Positions 10,727 through 19,782 of a DNA stretch of 59,808 nucleotides are shown here, piece by piece. The notes below the pieces were generated by a model. It was not told the origin of the DNA, ran no database searches, and saw only the letters and a program-made list of their open reading frames with translations. Both the position numbers and the translations under genes were made by a program. The stretch covers positions 1-59,808 of the IMG/VR virus record IMGVR_UViG_3300020045_013036. The stretch is one strand, 5' to 3'. Source of the stretch: a virus. Its lineage: Duplodnaviria > Caudoviricetes. The number at the start of each line of letters is the position of its first letter. Within the stretch, counting starts at the first letter, position 1.

Positions 10727-11187
10727 GACTTGTCCTTCCGCAACTCTTGGAACAACTGCATGGTGTGCAGTGCCTTGGCGATATCCTGATCGCCGCCCTT
10801 CTGCTTTTCACGGGCAAGGTAGGCGATGACAGTGCCCTTCATATGTCCGCGCAGTTCTTCAGGGGTCATCCATTCGGCGAGTACCTGCCACGGTTGATAG
10901 TCGCCCATGGTTTTGTAGTGGTCACCGCCAACCTGAACATCCTTGGCGGTGGTGGGTGATGGTTCCGGTAGGGGTGGGCAGCTTGGCGCACTGAGCGCCT
11001 GCCAAAAGGCCGGGCTGGGCCGGGTTTCCAGCAGGCTAACCCCAAGCTCGGTAAGTTGATAGGCACCATTTGGACCATGGTAGCCAATCAAGCGGGCCGA
11101 TTGGGCAGCAACCAACTCATCAACGGTGAAGGGTTCATAGCCCATTGCGCTGAACTTCCTGACAAAATCAATCGGCGACATATTCAT
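10723..11187 (-). CDS. DUF3310/SaV-like domain protein
   Basis: QVGGDHYK...GTVIAYLAREKQKGGDQDIAKA. Confidence 0.8.
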   Translation of the reverse strand: MNMSPIDFVRKFSAMGYEPFTVDELVAAQSARLIGYHGPNGAYQLTELGVSLLETRPSPAFWQALSAPSCPPLPEPSPTTAKDVQVGGDHYKTMGDYQPWQVLAEWMTPEELRGHMKGTVIAYLAREKQKGGDQDIAKALHTMQLFQELRKDKS

Positions 11188-11259
11188 TTCTTTCTCCTAT
11201 TCGCAGGCGTAAAGAACCCGGGTCTCCCCGGGCCGTACCGCATTGGTGCTGCTTGAAAC

Positions 11260-11796
11260 TTAGAACTCAGCGAAGGCCGAGAAGGCGCTGGCTGCATCCT
11301 GACGCCCGTCGATACGCTCACCGCGCTCAAGGAACATCACGTTGTTAATACCGAAGCTGACACCCTTGTTACCGCTGCTATCAAACCAGAAGGCATTCAT
11401 ATCGGCGCGGATATAATCGCCGCTGAAAATCTTTTCGATCATCGGGCTCAGGCCTGAATCGACAATGCCCGGGCGCTCGTTGGCGCTGACGTTGATGACC
11501 CAGCAACCCTTGCATTCCGGACCGTAGGCTTCACCTGAGTTTGGCTTAACGCCGTCGCCGTCGTGGATGGTGCGCGGCACAGCCTTGTAGAAGGCCTCAT
11601 CCTTGCCCGGGTTGGTCTTGCGCTTGACGCTCTCACCAGCTGCGAGCAGGCGGTCGTAGGTCACCTTGTCAGACTTGGGGATGAGCAGGGCACAGCCGTA
11701 CTTCAGAACATTCTTGTCGTTTGGCTTCGGGGTGTAGAGTTGGTCAGCATAGGAAACGCGGACTTTTTCGGTGATGACTTGATTTGGCTTTGCCAT
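11260..11796 (-). CDS. ssDNA-binding protein (DUF2815, T7 gp2.5-like)
   Basis: VRVSYA, KYGCALLIPKSD, HDGD, SGDYIRA, GNKGVSFGINNVMF; aromatic/acidic C-terminal tail. Confidence 0.85.
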   Translation of the reverse strand: MAKPNQVITEKVRVSYADQLYTPKPNDKNVLKYGCALLIPKSDKVTYDRLLAAGESVKRKTNPGKDEAFYKAVPRTIHDGDGVKPNSGEAYGPECKGCWVINVSANERPGIVDSGLSPMIEKIFSGDYIRADMNAFWFDSSGNKGVSFGINNVMFLERGERIDGRQDAASAFSAFAEF

Positions 11797-11868
11797 TTGT
11801 ATTACTCCAGATAGGATGAACGATAATCAGACTAGGGTCTTAGCGATAATTGCTACCACCAAGACCCC

Positions 11869-11897
11869 ATTGTATCAGCTACTAACGCTGCGGTCAA
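11869..11897 (-). promoter_or_regulatory. sigma70-like promoter of the SSB plus operator variant
   Basis: TTGACC-17-TACAAT; TATCAGCTACTAACG at 11873-11887. Confidence 0.65.
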
Positions 11898-13048
11898 GCA
11901 TTTTTAAACGCTTCAGCTGCTGCGGTGTCCTTGTCGATCGGCGCCCGCTTGTCAGCGATACCCACAAGGATGGGGCTTCCGACGATGCGGTCGATGGTGT
12001 CACCCAACACCTCGTCAGTCTTCAGCCCCTTCTCCTTGATCAGCTTTTCGAGGGCCGTGATCCCCAGCATTTCAGGCTCGGTCATGGGTTCGATACCGAC
12101 AGCGCGCAGGAGTCCAATCGCCTTAACCTTGTCGATGATCTTCCGCATAGCCCGGCCGGCGACGAACTTGAGCCCGGTAACCGGCGCCTCATGGGCTCGC
12201 TTGGCAACCTCCTTCTCGACATCCTCGACCCACTTCTTGATCAGGCTGGCGTTGAGGAAAATCTTGACCAACTCTTCCTCAGTGAGTGCTGATTTGTCGG
12301 TGCAGGTTGGCATCACAGAGGCAAAGTCAAATGCGGCCAGCTTCAGGTTATTCTCAGCCCGCTCCCGGCACACCCCCTTGGTGGGGCACCACTTGCAATG
12401 TGCCCCGGGCACGGCCAGATCGGTACCCGCGTGAGCCCGGGCGACCTTGTGTTCGTTGGCCTTTACCCATGCCACCAACTCTTCAACCGGGTAGGTTGCC
12501 GACACAATGTTATTGCGCCGCGGCTGATAGATATGCACCTCAACGGTATGCACTGGCACACGGGAGAGCCAGTCAAGGGTCAGCGCCCCAATGCCGTAGA
12601 GCAGCAGTTGGGTGTTGTCATCGGCCTCGACCAGAACCCCTTTGCCATACTTCAGGTCAATGACCTTGAGCACACCATCGGCCGTGACAACCACCGCGTC
12701 AGCTGTACCCCACACATCGAAGGCCGGGAAGATTTGCAGCTTCTGCTCGATGAACAACTCACCCTCGCCGGTGTGGCGGCGCACGTAATCCAGATACCCT
12801 TGGATGTAGGTTCGCATCTCAGGTGAATCATACTTGGCGTGGTCCTTGGGGAACTCGGCGCCGTGGGCGTCACAGGTGAGCCGCAGACAGTGTTCGCCAA
12901 GGGCGTGGGCGGCCGTACCCTCACGGGCGTGCTCGCTGCCCTCGTCCTCGGTTTCAGGGGCGCGCACGATTGAGGCAGGGCACTCAAGCCAGCGGTCGCT
13001 GGACGAGGGGCTGAGCTTGGCGTGCAGCGTGGTCGGTTGTTCGGTCAT
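11894..13048 (-). CDS. Cas4-like PD-(D/E)XK exonuclease (DUF2800)
   Basis: HAKLSPSSSDRWLECPAS, EGTAAH, WGTADAV, IDLKYGKG, QLLLYG, HCKWCP...C. Confidence 0.85.
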   Translation of the reverse strand: MTEQPTTLHAKLSPSSSDRWLECPASIVRAPETEDEGSEHAREGTAAHALGEHCLRLTCDAHGAEFPKDHAKYDSPEMRTYIQGYLDYVRRHTGEGELFIEQKLQIFPAFDVWGTADAVVVTADGVLKVIDLKYGKGVLVEADDNTQLLLYGIGALTLDWLSRVPVHTVEVHIYQPRRNNIVSATYPVEELVAWVKANEHKVARAHAGTDLAVPGAHCKWCPTKGVCRERAENNLKLAAFDFASVMPTCTDKSALTEEELVKIFLNASLIKKWVEDVEKEVAKRAHEAPVTGLKFVAGRAMRKIIDKVKAIGLLRAVGIEPMTEPEMLGITALEKLIKEKGLKTDEVLGDTIDRIVGSPILVGIADKRAPIDKDTAAAEAFKNA

Positions 13049-13233
13049 ACGGGTCGATCCTCCGTAACCTCAATGATGTATTCGGGGTTAGCCCAGTCCT
13101 CTTCCAGTTGGAAGAAGTGGTCATTGTTTGGGTTGGCGGTTGGGACGGTGGCCACATCCTGCTCACTGATGTGGCGGATATGGGCCGCATTGACCCACCC
13201 CCCACCCTTGACGTGCAGGAAGGTGGCGCTCAT
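13045..13233 (-). CDS. Hypothetical protein
   Basis: 4-bp overlaps with both neighbouring genes. Confidence 0.55.
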   Translation of the reverse strand: MSATFLHVKGGGWVNAAHIRHISEQDVATVPTANPNNDHFFQLEEDWANPEYIIEVTEDRPV

Positions 13234-13832
13234 TGCTCGCCGCCAAGCGGGTTAGCCTTGGTCTGTTGCACTGAGGCGTCACCATTGAAGCGCCCGCGCG
13301 CCGCGTAACTGCGATCAGCCGGCACCTCATCAACGTGATAGAACAGCATCTGGCCGATCTTGTCGCCCGGGTGTAGGTGAATGCTGTGGAAGCGGCTGAT
13401 GTTTTGCAACTCCAGCGTCAGCACAGAACCGTTCCAACCGGGATCACACCACGTTGCGAGGGCGTTGTTCAGGCCGATGCGGGCACCGCTGGACTTCAGC
13501 TTGAATTCACAGGCGATGTTGTTGGGCAGGTTGAACAGTTCGACCGTGTGGGCGAGGATGAATTCACCCGGCGCCAAGATGTAACCCTGTTCCCCCATAA
13601 CCACCTTACGCATGCCAAGTGGGTCGCGGTCACGCAGGCTGACACAACGCCCACACTGCCAATTAGTGCCCTCCTCAACCAAGATGTCAGCGCCCAAGCG
13701 AACATCAATAGATGCAGCATTGATGTGATCGAAAGGGATTTCCGCCTTCACACCTTCGGGGGTGAGATCATAAATGACCCCAACCTGAGCGGCTGCAAGC
13801 AGCCCGTCGAAAGACATTAAACCGTTGTTCAT
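13230..13832 (-). CDS. dcd: dCTP deaminase
   Basis: INAASIDVRLG, LAPGEFILAHTVE, KSSGARIGL, DPGWNG, LTLEL, IGQMLF; AGGAG SD before 13832. Confidence 0.88.
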   Translation of the reverse strand: MNNGLMSFDGLLAAAQVGVIYDLTPEGVKAEIPFDHINAASIDVRLGADILVEEGTNWQCGRCVSLRDRDPLGMRKVVMGEQGYILAPGEFILAHTVELFNLPNNIACEFKLKSSGARIGLNNALATWCDPGWNGSVLTLELQNISRFHSIHLHPGDKIGQMLFYHVDEVPADRSYAARGRFNGDASVQQTKANPLGGEQ

Positions 13833-13931
13833 TGTTGCTCCTAGAAAAATAAAGACAAGACCGTGGCTATGAAAAAGCCGAAAAAGAAGCACAGAAAAAA
13901 CCATGCCAACCCGACAGCCCAGCCTGAGTAG

Positions 13932-14849
13932 TTACGACGATAGCGTTGCATATTCACTTTCAATTGCGGAGGGTGGCAACTCAGCATCCACTTCAATTTC
14001 AAGGTAAATGTTCTTCATCGCCACACCCGTGTTCATGTGGATAGCCAAGGTGTGATCATAGTCTTTGGCGTACCCACCGGCCAAGTTGCACACCACCGGG
14101 ATGCCGTGGCGCCGGGCCGTGCTGAACACAATCAAGTCGCGAATGTAAAGCTGGTCAATGCTCAGGGCACCACCCAGCGGATCACCAACCCAGTTGTCAG
14201 CGCCGGCCTGATAGAAGATAACGTCGGGCTCAAACTCTCGCAGCTTCAACCCAAGCTCGGTGGCAAAGCGGGTGAGGGAAACCCCCGAATAATGGCCGTG
14301 GGTGTTCCGGCTTTGAAGGTATTGGCAATACTCACCCATACCAATCACCTTGATGATGTCGGCGCAACCATCCCCGTAGTGGGCATCCTCGTCAATGATG
14401 AGGGTCTTCAGGTCAAGGTGCTTCTGCATTTCGTAAGCGCTCAGGGTGAGGGCGTCAAAAGTACAAAAGCCAGAGGAACGGTCATGCGCTGCATGGTGAA
14501 AGCCAGAAGTCAAAGACCACACAACGCCAAGGTTTGCCCCGTCGGTGACAGCCCAGTTAGCGGCGGCCAAGAAGTTGCCAACGGTGTGGCGAATAGCGGT
14601 GATGGACTTGATCGAACGATTGCCGAACCCATCTGGAATTTTTGCAGATAACACACCACCCACATGGTCAGCATCATGCACTTGAAGTAGGCGCTCGGGT
14701 GAAACCGCGGCGACACCTTGGTTGGTGATACGGAATGCTGGGTCAAGCGCAATGCGCCGAGCCAACAGACCCGGCTTCAAGGGTGACTTGCTAAAGCTGG
14801 CAGCATCATGCACTTGGGCGTCGCTGTAAAACACTGGAATGGTTTTCAT
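13932..14849 (-). CDS. Zn-dependent histone-deacetylase-family amidohydrolase
   Basis: GFHHA, GFC, IIDEDAHYGDG, YQAGAD..GDPLG, LAGGY; all catalytic and Zn motifs present. Confidence 0.9.
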   Translation of the reverse strand: MKTIPVFYSDAQVHDAASFSKSPLKPGLLARRIALDPAFRITNQGVAAVSPERLLQVHDADHVGGVLSAKIPDGFGNRSIKSITAIRHTVGNFLAAANWAVTDGANLGVVWSLTSGFHHAAHDRSSGFCTFDALTLSAYEMQKHLDLKTLIIDEDAHYGDGCADIIKVIGMGEYCQYLQSRNTHGHYSGVSLTRFATELGLKLREFEPDVIFYQAGADNWVGDPLGGALSIDQLYIRDLIVFSTARRHGIPVVCNLAGGYAKDYDHTLAIHMNTGVAMKNIYLEIEVDAELPPSAIESEYATLSS

Positions 14850-14873
14850 CGTATTCTCCTGTTCGATTCACCA

Positions 14874-14911
14874 ATGATACAGCAACCCAGCGTTAATGTC
14901 AAGCACTAACG
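14874..14911 (-). promoter_or_regulatory. sigma70-like promoter of the HDAC gene plus operator
   Basis: TTGACA-17-TATCAT; TGTCAAGCACTAACG at 14897-14911. Confidence 0.75.
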
Positions 14912-14925
14912 CTGGGGTATGGTGC

Positions 14926-15546
14926 TTACGGGAGCTTGGTGGTCAGCACTGCGCCCAAGGTGTTGCGCTGTTCCGGTGACAGATCAGCGATGCGAGCCGC
15001 GCCGAGGGCCGTGATCTCAGCCTTCACCACTTCCGGACCAACCGCCCGAGCAACACGGCCGGCGAGGTCTTGAATCTCGGCTTCGGTGTAAGCCTTGCTG
15101 GCGCCAGCCGGGGCTGCGGTTTCGTAGCTGTCCGGTGCGGGTTCAGAAGGGGATGCCGCAGCAGGAGTGCTGGATGCAGCTGGGGCCGCGGTCGTATCCG
15201 TCACGGGCGCAGTTTGGGTAACAGCAGCTTGGACGTTTCCCGCTTCAGCCTGTTCGGCCGCTTCAACTTCTTCCGGCTGGGTCTTCGGCGCCTCAGCTTC
15301 GAGTTCAGCCTTGGTGCGGCGGCGACGCTTCGGTGCTTCCACTTCGGTACCGGCTACCACCGGGGCGGCGGGTTCAGCGCCAAGCGACGTGGTGAATTCC
15401 GGCTCATCCAGACCGCCAACCAATTCATCCAGACCGCCAACTTGCGGTGCGGCGCCCGCACCGGCGGCCAGTGCGATGAAGAATTGGGCCAGTGCCAGAT
15501 GCTGCACTTGGGTGGTGGAACCGTCGATGTTGAACTTTGCCTTCAT
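14926..15546 (-). CDS. Ala/Pro/Glu-rich hypothetical protein
   Basis: Low-complexity linker, KRRRRTKAE motif, small helical C-domain; VGGLDE duplicated at DNA level. Confidence 0.7.
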   Translation of the reverse strand: MKAKFNIDGSTTQVQHLALAQFFIALAAGAGAAPQVGGLDELVGGLDEPEFTTSLGAEPAAPVVAGTEVEAPKRRRRTKAELEAEAPKTQPEEVEAAEQAEAGNVQAAVTQTAPVTDTTAAPAASSTPAAASPSEPAPDSYETAAPAGASKAYTEAEIQDLAGRVARAVGPEVVKAEITALGAARIADLSPEQRNTLGAVLTTKLP

Positions 15547-15659
15547 GGTATTTCTCCTGTTTGGAATTTGTGCCCCCGGTTTATTGGCGCCGGGGGCTTC
15601 GCTGTATTGCGCTTGCTACCAGCCCCGATCCAATGGGGCCAGCACATTACTTGGGATAC

Positions 15660-15962
15660 TTATGCAGCTTGACTGACACGCTCGACAGCACCCACCTGCT
15701 TGGCCGCATGGTTCTCACGGGCCTTGGTGATCAAGTCCAAGGCACTGGTGCTGGCCACGTTCAGATCATCGAAGCGGGTTGCATCTTTACGATCCTCAAC
15801 CAGCGTGAAGGTGCCGGCTTCAGCATCATCAACGCGAACATGCTTCCCATTGACATGGGAAAGAATCTGCTTGCCGGTGCGGGTAAGCGGGTCGGAGCCG
15901 TAACCCTCTGCCGGGGTGACCGAAAGTGGGTAGATGCCGTTGGTTTCGAAATGTCCGTTCAT
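15660..15962 (-). CDS. Hypothetical protein
   Basis: AAGGA SD before ATG 15962. Confidence 0.6.
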   Translation of the reverse strand: MNGHFETNGIYPLSVTPAEGYGSDPLTRTGKQILSHVNGKHVRVDDAEAGTFTLVEDRKDATRFDDLNVASTSALDLITKARENHAAKQVGAVERVSQAA

Positions 15963-15975
15963 GGTGTTTCCTTTT

Positions 15976-16179
15976 TCAGAATGAGGTAGGGATTTGCTTT
16001 GACTCCCACCCGGCCACATGGTTCTTTACCAATTCGCGACATTCATCTTTAATCGCGTTTGGTACCCACAGACCGAGCAGCATGCTATAACCTTTGGCCC
16101 GCATTCGGGCGGTGTATTCGGTCTGCCGCTGGGTGCCAGTTTTAATTGGCGGTCGCGGTGCTGGGGTCGATTGCGACAT
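15976..16179 (-). CDS. Small basic protein, possible DNA-binding (RHH/antitoxin-like)
   Basis: RQTEYTARMRAKGYSMLLGLWVP pattern. Confidence 0.45.
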   Translation of the reverse strand: MSQSTPAPRPPIKTGTQRQTEYTARMRAKGYSMLLGLWVPNAIKDECRELVKNHVAGWESKQIPTSF

Positions 16180-16471
16180 TCAGTTGCTCCTTCTGGGCTT
16201 GTGCTGCTTCCACCTTGTCGGCGACTTCAGCGAGGTGACGGACGAAATCGCCGACGGTCGGGAACGGTTCTTCGAAGGACTGATTCACATAGTCCAGCGA
16301 GAACAGCAGGGTGGCGAACAGCTTGCTCGCATCCTTGCGGAACTTCAACTCAGTGACACCGTTTTCATCGGCGCTCAGGTTGAAGAAGAACGGGGGGACT
16401 TCGGCCGGAACTTCAGTCGGAGGATTGACGCCGGCAAGCCCGAGTTCGACAGCTTGGGTGTTCTCGTTCAT
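16142..16471 (-). CDS. Hypothetical protein
   Basis: ORF track, operonic spacing. Confidence 0.6.
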   Translation of the reverse strand: MNENTQAVELGLAGVNPPTEVPAEVPPFFFNLSADENGVTELKFRKDASKLFATLLFSLDYVNQSFEEPFPTVGDFVRHLAEVADKVEAAQAQKEQLNVAIDPSTATAN

Positions 16472-16893
16472 TATTCACCTTCCTTCTTGGTTGGCTGGGA
16501 GGGGTTGTTGGTGCGGGAAGCCTTGAGCTTGGCGGCGATACCGCGCAACACTTCAAGGAATGCGGGGTCGAGCTTCACTTCCTCGCCCTCAAGTTCCGGC
16601 TGGCATTTCTCGCAACCCGGGCACTCGCCGAACTTCTCGTTGCCAAAATGGTTGAGGCTTTCGATCAGTGCGATCAGGTGCTTTGGCTCGAAGCCTTCAG
16701 CGGTTACCACCTCAACCTTACCTTCACCGTTGCCAGTCTGGGTTAGAGTAGCAGTGATCAGCGGCTTGACCTTCTTCTCCGGGTTCGGGTTCTTGCTGTT
16801 AAGCGCAACCTCGATTGCAACCAGTGCGCCACGCGGATCACGAACATCATGTTCAGTGAGGATGCGGCGGATTTCCTTCAGCTTACGGCTCAT
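16471..16893 (-). CDS. Hypothetical protein (CxxCxxC motif)
   Basis: AGGAG SD; first gene after the promoter at 16935-16963. Confidence 0.65.
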   Translation of the reverse strand: MSRKLKEIRRILTEHDVRDPRGALVAIEVALNSKNPNPEKKVKPLITATLTQTGNGEGKVEVVTAEGFEPKHLIALIESLNHFGNEKFGECPGCEKCQPELEGEEVKLDPAFLEVLRGIAAKLKASRTNNPSQPTKKEGE

Positions 16894-16934
16894 CGGTATC
16901 TCCTGTTTAGATGGTGTTTCTGTAGCGAGGTTCT

Positions 16935-16972
16935 ATGGTATCAAGCGCTAACAGTTTCGTCAAGCACTGTCG
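16935..16972 (-). promoter_or_regulatory. sigma70-like promoter with two operator copies
   Basis: TTGACG-17-TACCAT; TATCAAGCGCTAACA and CGTCAAGCACTGTCG. Confidence 0.7.
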
Positions 16973-16980
16973 TGAATTAT

Positions 16981-18585
16981 TTACATCCCAAAGCGAATAG
17001 GGAAGGGTGAGCCCGGCTTCACCGTGACCGAGCGCGGCACCTTCAAGGCGCCAAAGCTGGCACGGGCCAAGGCTTCTTGGGCGGTTAGGGGGATCGGACC
17101 ATCAGCATTCACTTGGCGGCGCAACCACTTGGTTGAATCGCGCTGGGACACGCTGGGTTTATGGTGCCACAGGTTGTACCAATCAACGCCAACCGGGCTT
17201 TGCCGCCCCTCGCTCATGTAGTGGGCAACCAGTGCAGGGGCGCCGGCCGCCGTGTTCCTGATCTCGTAATCCACATGGGACACCGGGAAGGTGCGGCTGC
17301 CGTCCTCGTTCTTCACCACACCCGACACCAATAAACCTGTCACCGGGTCAAAGTTGTGGCCGGGCCGAGCCTCTCCCGGGGGGAATTCGTGACCGCATAC
17401 AGGGCAGATGCGTAGGCCGGCGAGGATGATGTTGTAACAGTCATCGCACATCTTGGTTGGGGTCTCGCCAGTCCTCAGGCGCGGCGGGTTGCCACCGATC
17501 TCGTCAATCGGCCCGAGTTCAATGCTGGTCTCGGTGAAGTCGGCAACAAGGCAGTCATACTTGCCATCGAACAGGCGCATGCCACGGCCACACAGTTGCA
17601 CCCAGATCAATCCGGACTTGGTTGGGCGTAGGTTGGCAATGCCATCACAGATAGGGGCGTCAAAACCGACTAACAAAACCTCGCACGCGACCAAGTATTT
17701 CAGCTTGCCAGCGCGGAACCGGGCGATGATGGTGTCACGCTCCTTGCTGGGTGTGCTACCCAGTACGCACTCAGCCTCACCGCCGAGCAGCCGTAGTTGT
17801 TCAGCCACATGCAGGCAGTGCTCCACGCCGGTGCAAAACACCATGACCGCATTGCGCTCGCTGAATATATCGGTGATCTCTTCAGCTACCTTGCGGTTCG
17901 TGTCATCCACATCCACCGCGGCTTGGAGTTGGCCAATAGCAAAGTCACCTTGGCGGTTGTCAATCCCCACCCCGGCCGTGCTGAGTTGGGTCTTACCGCG
18001 ATAGGGGGTGAGCTTGGTGAGGTAGTTGTCGCGCAGCAATTCGCCGACACCCACTTCAGCGGCAACCCCGGTAAAGATTGCCTTGTCGGCGGGCAGCAGG
18101 TGTAGTGCGGTGCGGTTGGCCGAACCATCGAAGGGGGTGGCCGTGAGCCCGATCACCCGCAGGTTGGGGCTCCGCTCCTTCAGGGTCTCGATGAATTCCC
18201 GATATCCCTTGGCAGCGTAGTGTGCCTCGTCAATCAGGATGTAACTGACCCGGGGTAGCTTGGCTGTCTGGTTCCGGATGGATTGAAACCCGGCGATCGT
18301 GATTGGGTTTAGCTGCTTCTTACCCAGTGACGCTGAGTAAATGCCCGCCTTCAAATGATGCGGTAGCTTGGCGTGATTCTGTTCAACCAATTCTTTACGG
18401 TGCGTCAGCACTAACACCATACCATCCGAGCGTTCGGCGAGTTGCTCACACAGCTTCGCCACGATCACGGATTTACCGGATGCGGTAGGGGAGACAATCA
18501 GTGGTTGCGATTCCGGATACTCCTGCAAATGTTTCAGGGTGCAGTCGATCAACCGGGCCTGATAGGGGCGCAGCTTTAAATCCAT
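16981..18585 (-). CDS. Superfamily 2 DEAH helicase (RadD/YejH-like) with Zn finger
   Basis: LRPYQ, PTASGKS, IDEAH, LTATP, GFDAP, QLCGRGMR, CDDC...CPVC. Confidence 0.92.
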   Translation of the reverse strand: MDLKLRPYQARLIDCTLKHLQEYPESQPLIVSPTASGKSVIVAKLCEQLAERSDGMVLVLTHRKELVEQNHAKLPHHLKAGIYSASLGKKQLNPITIAGFQSIRNQTAKLPRVSYILIDEAHYAAKGYREFIETLKERSPNLRVIGLTATPFDGSANRTALHLLPADKAIFTGVAAEVGVGELLRDNYLTKLTPYRGKTQLSTAGVGIDNRQGDFAIGQLQAAVDVDDTNRKVAEEITDIFSERNAVMVFCTGVEHCLHVAEQLRLLGGEAECVLGSTPSKERDTIIARFRAGKLKYLVACEVLLVGFDAPICDGIANLRPTKSGLIWVQLCGRGMRLFDGKYDCLVADFTETSIELGPIDEIGGNPPRLRTGETPTKMCDDCYNIILAGLRICPVCGHEFPPGEARPGHNFDPVTGLLVSGVVKNEDGSRTFPVSHVDYEIRNTAAGAPALVAHYMSEGRQSPVGVDWYNLWHHKPSVSQRDSTKWLRRQVNADGPIPLTAQEALARASFGALKVPRSVTVKPGSPFPIRFGM

Positions 18586-18607
18586 AGTTAAACCTCAATC
18601 AGCGCAA

Positions 18608-18973
18608 TTAGAACTCAGCAAAATCGGTACGGGCCGGAGCCTCGCGAACATCGCAAACCACCTCAACACCTGTGCGGCGAGCCCGCGTCAAGCGATTACG
18701 ATCAGGATACTTCTGATCGAAGGATAAGTCAAGCACTAACACGGGAAGCGGCTTGCTGCGATCCTGATCCGGTAACCACGGCTGCCCGTAGGCCACGAAC
18801 TTTAGGCGAGCCAAGCCCAGCATCACCGCATGATCTCGGCCGCTGAACATAATCGCTTCGATCTGCTCGCCGGTCTTGGTCAGGCGGATATCAACATGGT
18901 ACATGCGGTGGCGCGGCGTCGGCCGGCTCGCCAGCACCAAGCCCTCATAGCGACCTTCAGGTAAGGCTGACAT
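18608..18973 (-). CDS. Hypothetical, possibly OB-fold protein with an SSB-like C-terminal tail
   Basis: LPEGRYEG N-terminus; ends DFAEF like the SSB. Confidence 0.55.
   Translation of the reverse strand: MSALPEGRYEGLVLASRPTPRHRMYHVDIRLTKTGEQIEAIMFSGRDHAVMLGLARLKFVAYGQPWLPDQDRSKPLPVLVLDLSFDQKYPDRNRLTRARRTGVEVVCDVREAPARTDFAEF
18704..18741 (-). promoter_or_regulatory. Intragenic promoter plus operator upstream of the helicase
   Basis: TTGACT-17-TATCCT; AGTCAAGCACTAACA at 18727-18741. Confidence 0.5.
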
Positions 18974-19782
18974 TACTTTCTCCGATTCCGACGAAGGGCT
19001 TTAGCTCGCCCGGGGTTGAGGAAAAGTAGAACCTCAATCTCTTTCAACATGAAGCCTGCTTGAAAGAGATTATCAACTGAAGACCGCATCGGCCCATTCT
19101 TTTCAGCATCACGACCAATGTGGGTCGCTGACATCTTAGCTTTGGTTTCAGCGGAAGCTACTCGACCTTTGTTCATCTGCGCCATTTTATTTATCCACCC
19201 TTCATTAAACGGCAACCTACCTCTGACCCACCCAAGTTCAACATAAAGATCAAGCCACTCAAGATCAATTTGACCTTGGTGATTACTGCGTAAATCATGC
19301 ACCCACACACGACCAATCTTTTTCAATCTGAACTTTTCAATCGACTCTTGGCGGTGTTTCCGGCCCAACATGGGGTGATTCAAACCACTAACTTTTGCGC
19401 GGTGAATCGGGTTGGCCATTGGGTTGTTTGCCCGCATGAATGCTGCGAATTTTTCACTCTTCCAATTGGGGTGGGCATCACCGATTGGGGCCTCGCCACC
19501 GCCAGTCAAGTTGTATCCGTTCGGCGCCCGGGTGTTGAATTTGGAGATGGCTTCGACCTCAAGGCGCGACAGTTCATCCCGGTCATCAGTAATGGCGAGC
19601 GTTTCAAGTTTGAAATTATCAGCACCGTACTTGTTGATGGCACGGTGCAGCGGGAAGCGGCTTCGATTGCGAGCGTCGGCGATGTGCTCTTTGAATCGAC
19701 AATCAATCGAGCGACTGGTCAGGCCGACATATTGTTTCCCAGACCCCTCGCATGTCAAAAGATAAACGCAACCCATTGTCAT
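18973..19782 (-). CDS. GIY-YIG homing endonuclease with NUMOD3-type repeats
   Basis: GCVYLLT..SGKQYVGLT..R..EH, E..AI, NGYNLTGGGE, HPMLGRKH, SAETKAKMS; lower GC. Confidence 0.88.
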   Translation of the reverse strand: MTMGCVYLLTCEGSGKQYVGLTSRSIDCRFKEHIADARNRSRFPLHRAINKYGADNFKLETLAITDDRDELSRLEVEAISKFNTRAPNGYNLTGGGEAPIGDAHPNWKSEKFAAFMRANNPMANPIHRAKVSGLNHPMLGRKHRQESIEKFRLKKIGRVWVHDLRSNHQGQIDLEWLDLYVELGWVRGRLPFNEGWINKMAQMNKGRVASAETKAKMSATHIGRDAEKNGPMRSSVDNLFQAGFMLKEIEVLLFLNPGRAKALRRNRRK

